NCBI GenBank assembly: GCA_030265395.1
Contig: JARFYF010000029.1
Location: 19,907,941 to 19,971,940 of the forward strand
DNA: 64,000 bases
Source of the DNA: Rhina ancylostomus
Taxonomy: Eukaryota
Direction of reading: 5' to 3'
Shown here: positions 62,187-64,000 of the stretch, piece by piece
Layout: the number at the start of each line of letters is the position of its first letter
Position numbering within the stretch: position 1 is the first letter of the stretch
The notes under the pieces: model-generated
What the model saw: only the letters and a program-made list of their open reading frames with translations
Told to the model about the DNA's origin: nothing
The model's database searches: none
Made by a program: the position numbers and the translations under genes

Positions 62187-62772
62187 AACTGGTACAGAAG
62201 TTCCACAAATCTGGTAAATTGGGAAGATTCCACAACCTTTGGAAATAGTAATACTGTAACAACCTTTAAGCATAGAGTTAATCTAACGATCTAGTTTCTT
62301 ACTGAAGCTGACGTTTGTTTACTTGGAGAGTGCACTACTGCAGAATTACAGATTGTTTCCACAGTGAGATTTTCCAGGGTGGAGGTCACTCATGGGCCAA
62401 GCTCTCATGGTTCTGTCCCATTCTGATCCAAGGGTGAATCAGCATTACTTAAGGGAAGCAAACCCATCAAAGTCACATAGAAGGAGCACTTCAGAAAGCT
62501 CTTGATCAGTGAACTGTGACAGATGCTACCATCAAACCCATTCTTTACTGCTCTAATAGACAATCTCTGGCAGGTGCTCCCCAGTTCTCAAAGTAAGACA
62601 AGCCATCATTCAAACCAAGATAAACAAAGCGAAGGGACCAGGCAACATATCAGCCAGGTCTACAAGGCCAGAGATAAGGAACTGGTACAGAAGTTCCACA
62701 AATCTGGGAAATTGGGAAGATTCTACAGCCTAGGGAAATAATAACACTAACAAGCTTTAAGAATAGAGATAA
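62187..62772 (+). repeat. About 93-bp direct repeat pair (62187-62281 and 62680-62772)
   Basis: aactggtacagaagttccacaaatctgg.aaattgggaagatt...tttaag.atagag.taa occurs twice. Confidence 0.92.
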
Positions 62773-63020
62773 GTAGGAATGTGGAAATTATAAAGGCATT
62801 GACCTGCCTTCTACAGCAGAAAATTCCTTATCCATATCCTCATAAACTTCCCTTTCCAAGGAAATCCTGAATTTCAGGTAGCTTCAGACTATTCAAGATG
62901 TTCATTGCCTGCTAGGTCCAGGAAACATATCAGGAACAAAATCAAGACCTATGCATGGCTTTCACTGTCTTGATTAAAGGCATTTGACTGTCAGTCACAA
63001 AATCCTATGGAGGACACTGG
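62450..63020 (+). mobile_element. RTE-clade LINE reverse transcriptase fossil
   Basis: Broken frames give ECGNYKGIDLPSTA..VQETYQEQNQDLCMAF..KAFD, matching CGNYRGISLLS..QEKCREQN..AFIDLTKAFD. Confidence 0.7.
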
Positions 63021-63842
63021 CTGCTGCTTGATGCTGTTCCCCCATCACCGACTAATCAAGCAAACAAGATGTTGCTGGAGCATGGCGACTTGTTGAAAGC
63101 TGCTCTCTGCAGATCTATTCATTACTTTTACTATAATCATTCTACTCTTAATTCTAAATTCTATGTCTCTAAGAATTACTAATAATGTTCTTTTAGCTCT
63201 TCTTATAGGGCTGGCAATCTTCTGACTCCAGGATCAACTGATTTTCTGAGCCGACTCTTGGACCCAGGTGGAAACGACTAGGAGGGCCTAAGACAGGCCC
63301 ATCCATGTGGAAGCCTACGCAGGGTGAAGAGCTGACCCCACCAAGACATGACTCCCAGACCCCACTGGACCACCCGAAGCAGAGACCCAAGGATCTACCG
63401 GACTGAAGACCCGACCAGCAGGAGCACCCAATGCCAATCCCTGTGACCTGACCTAACCGGAGGCCCGTCCATCGGAGGCAATGGAGGCCTGGTCCCAAGG
63501 CCCAACCCAACGCAAGGCCTGACCATTAGAGGCTTGAGGCTCAGCCCAACACAGGGCCCGACCATCAGAGGCTGAAGCTGTACCTGACGAGGCCTGACCT
63601 GTTGGGACACCTGATGCCAAGGCCCAATGCCAGGGCCCCTCTGGATCGGAAGCCAGATCCTAATGAGCACCCAGGACCAAGTCCAGACGTCGAGGTTCCC
63701 CTAAACTTCCCCACTTACCTGCTGGGGCAGCCCACTCCTCTTCAGGACCTTTAGACCTGAGTGGGAGCAACAATTTGCCTCGCAGGCCAGCTGAATCCAC
63801 TCCAGGTCTTCCAAGACTGTCCTCAAGCAGTCACTTACCTTT

Positions 63843-63880
63843 CAGTCCAGGTGGTTCCAGTCCAGGTGGTTCCAGTCCAG
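63843..63880. repeat. 15-bp tandem repeat cagtccaggtggttc, 2.5 copies
   Basis: Seen directly. Confidence 0.9.
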
Positions 63881-64000
63881 AACTTTGAAGACCAATGAGT
63901 CACAGCCACTTCCTCGGAAGTGTGGTAAGAGGTCTGGGCTGCAGGTGAGGCTAAAACAGCATGGGTACAAGACCCCTCTCCCCAGCATACTACTCACTAA

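Noticed and set aside
59350-64000. Exons of a convergent downstream neighbour (NINJ2 in human synteny)
   Set aside because: No ninjurin-like peptide recognised on the minus strand

Overview
Vertebrate nuclear DNA from a gapped draft assembly (16 N-runs). The repeat set (V-SINEs, Deu-domain SINEs, CR1, Penelope-like, Harbinger fossils) suggests a cartilaginous fish; that assignment is inference. One + strand gene dominates the window: a beta-1,4-N-acetylgalactosaminyltransferase, best read as B4GALNT3. I reconstructed 18 GT-AG coding exons from 4372 to 53337. They join in phase into 3363 nt (1120 aa plus stop) covering the PA14 domain, a very long charged linker exon (1417 nt) and the GT7-type catalytic domain (DLH and WGGED motifs). 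The exons for the start codon and transmembrane anchor were not found and presumably lie upstream of the window. The CDS ends in TAA-TAG-TGA. Introns and the 3' region hold decayed mobile elements that the ORF track does not reveal. These include several two-gene PIF/Harbinger fossils (one near full length just downstream of the stop codon), an internal L1 RT fragment with an 18-bp duplication, a Tigger-like MITE next to a foldback palindrome, and several locally copied 90-126 bp duplications. I found no convincing evidence of a wholly new biological system. The findings below are hypotheses read by eye, and repeat boundaries are approximate.
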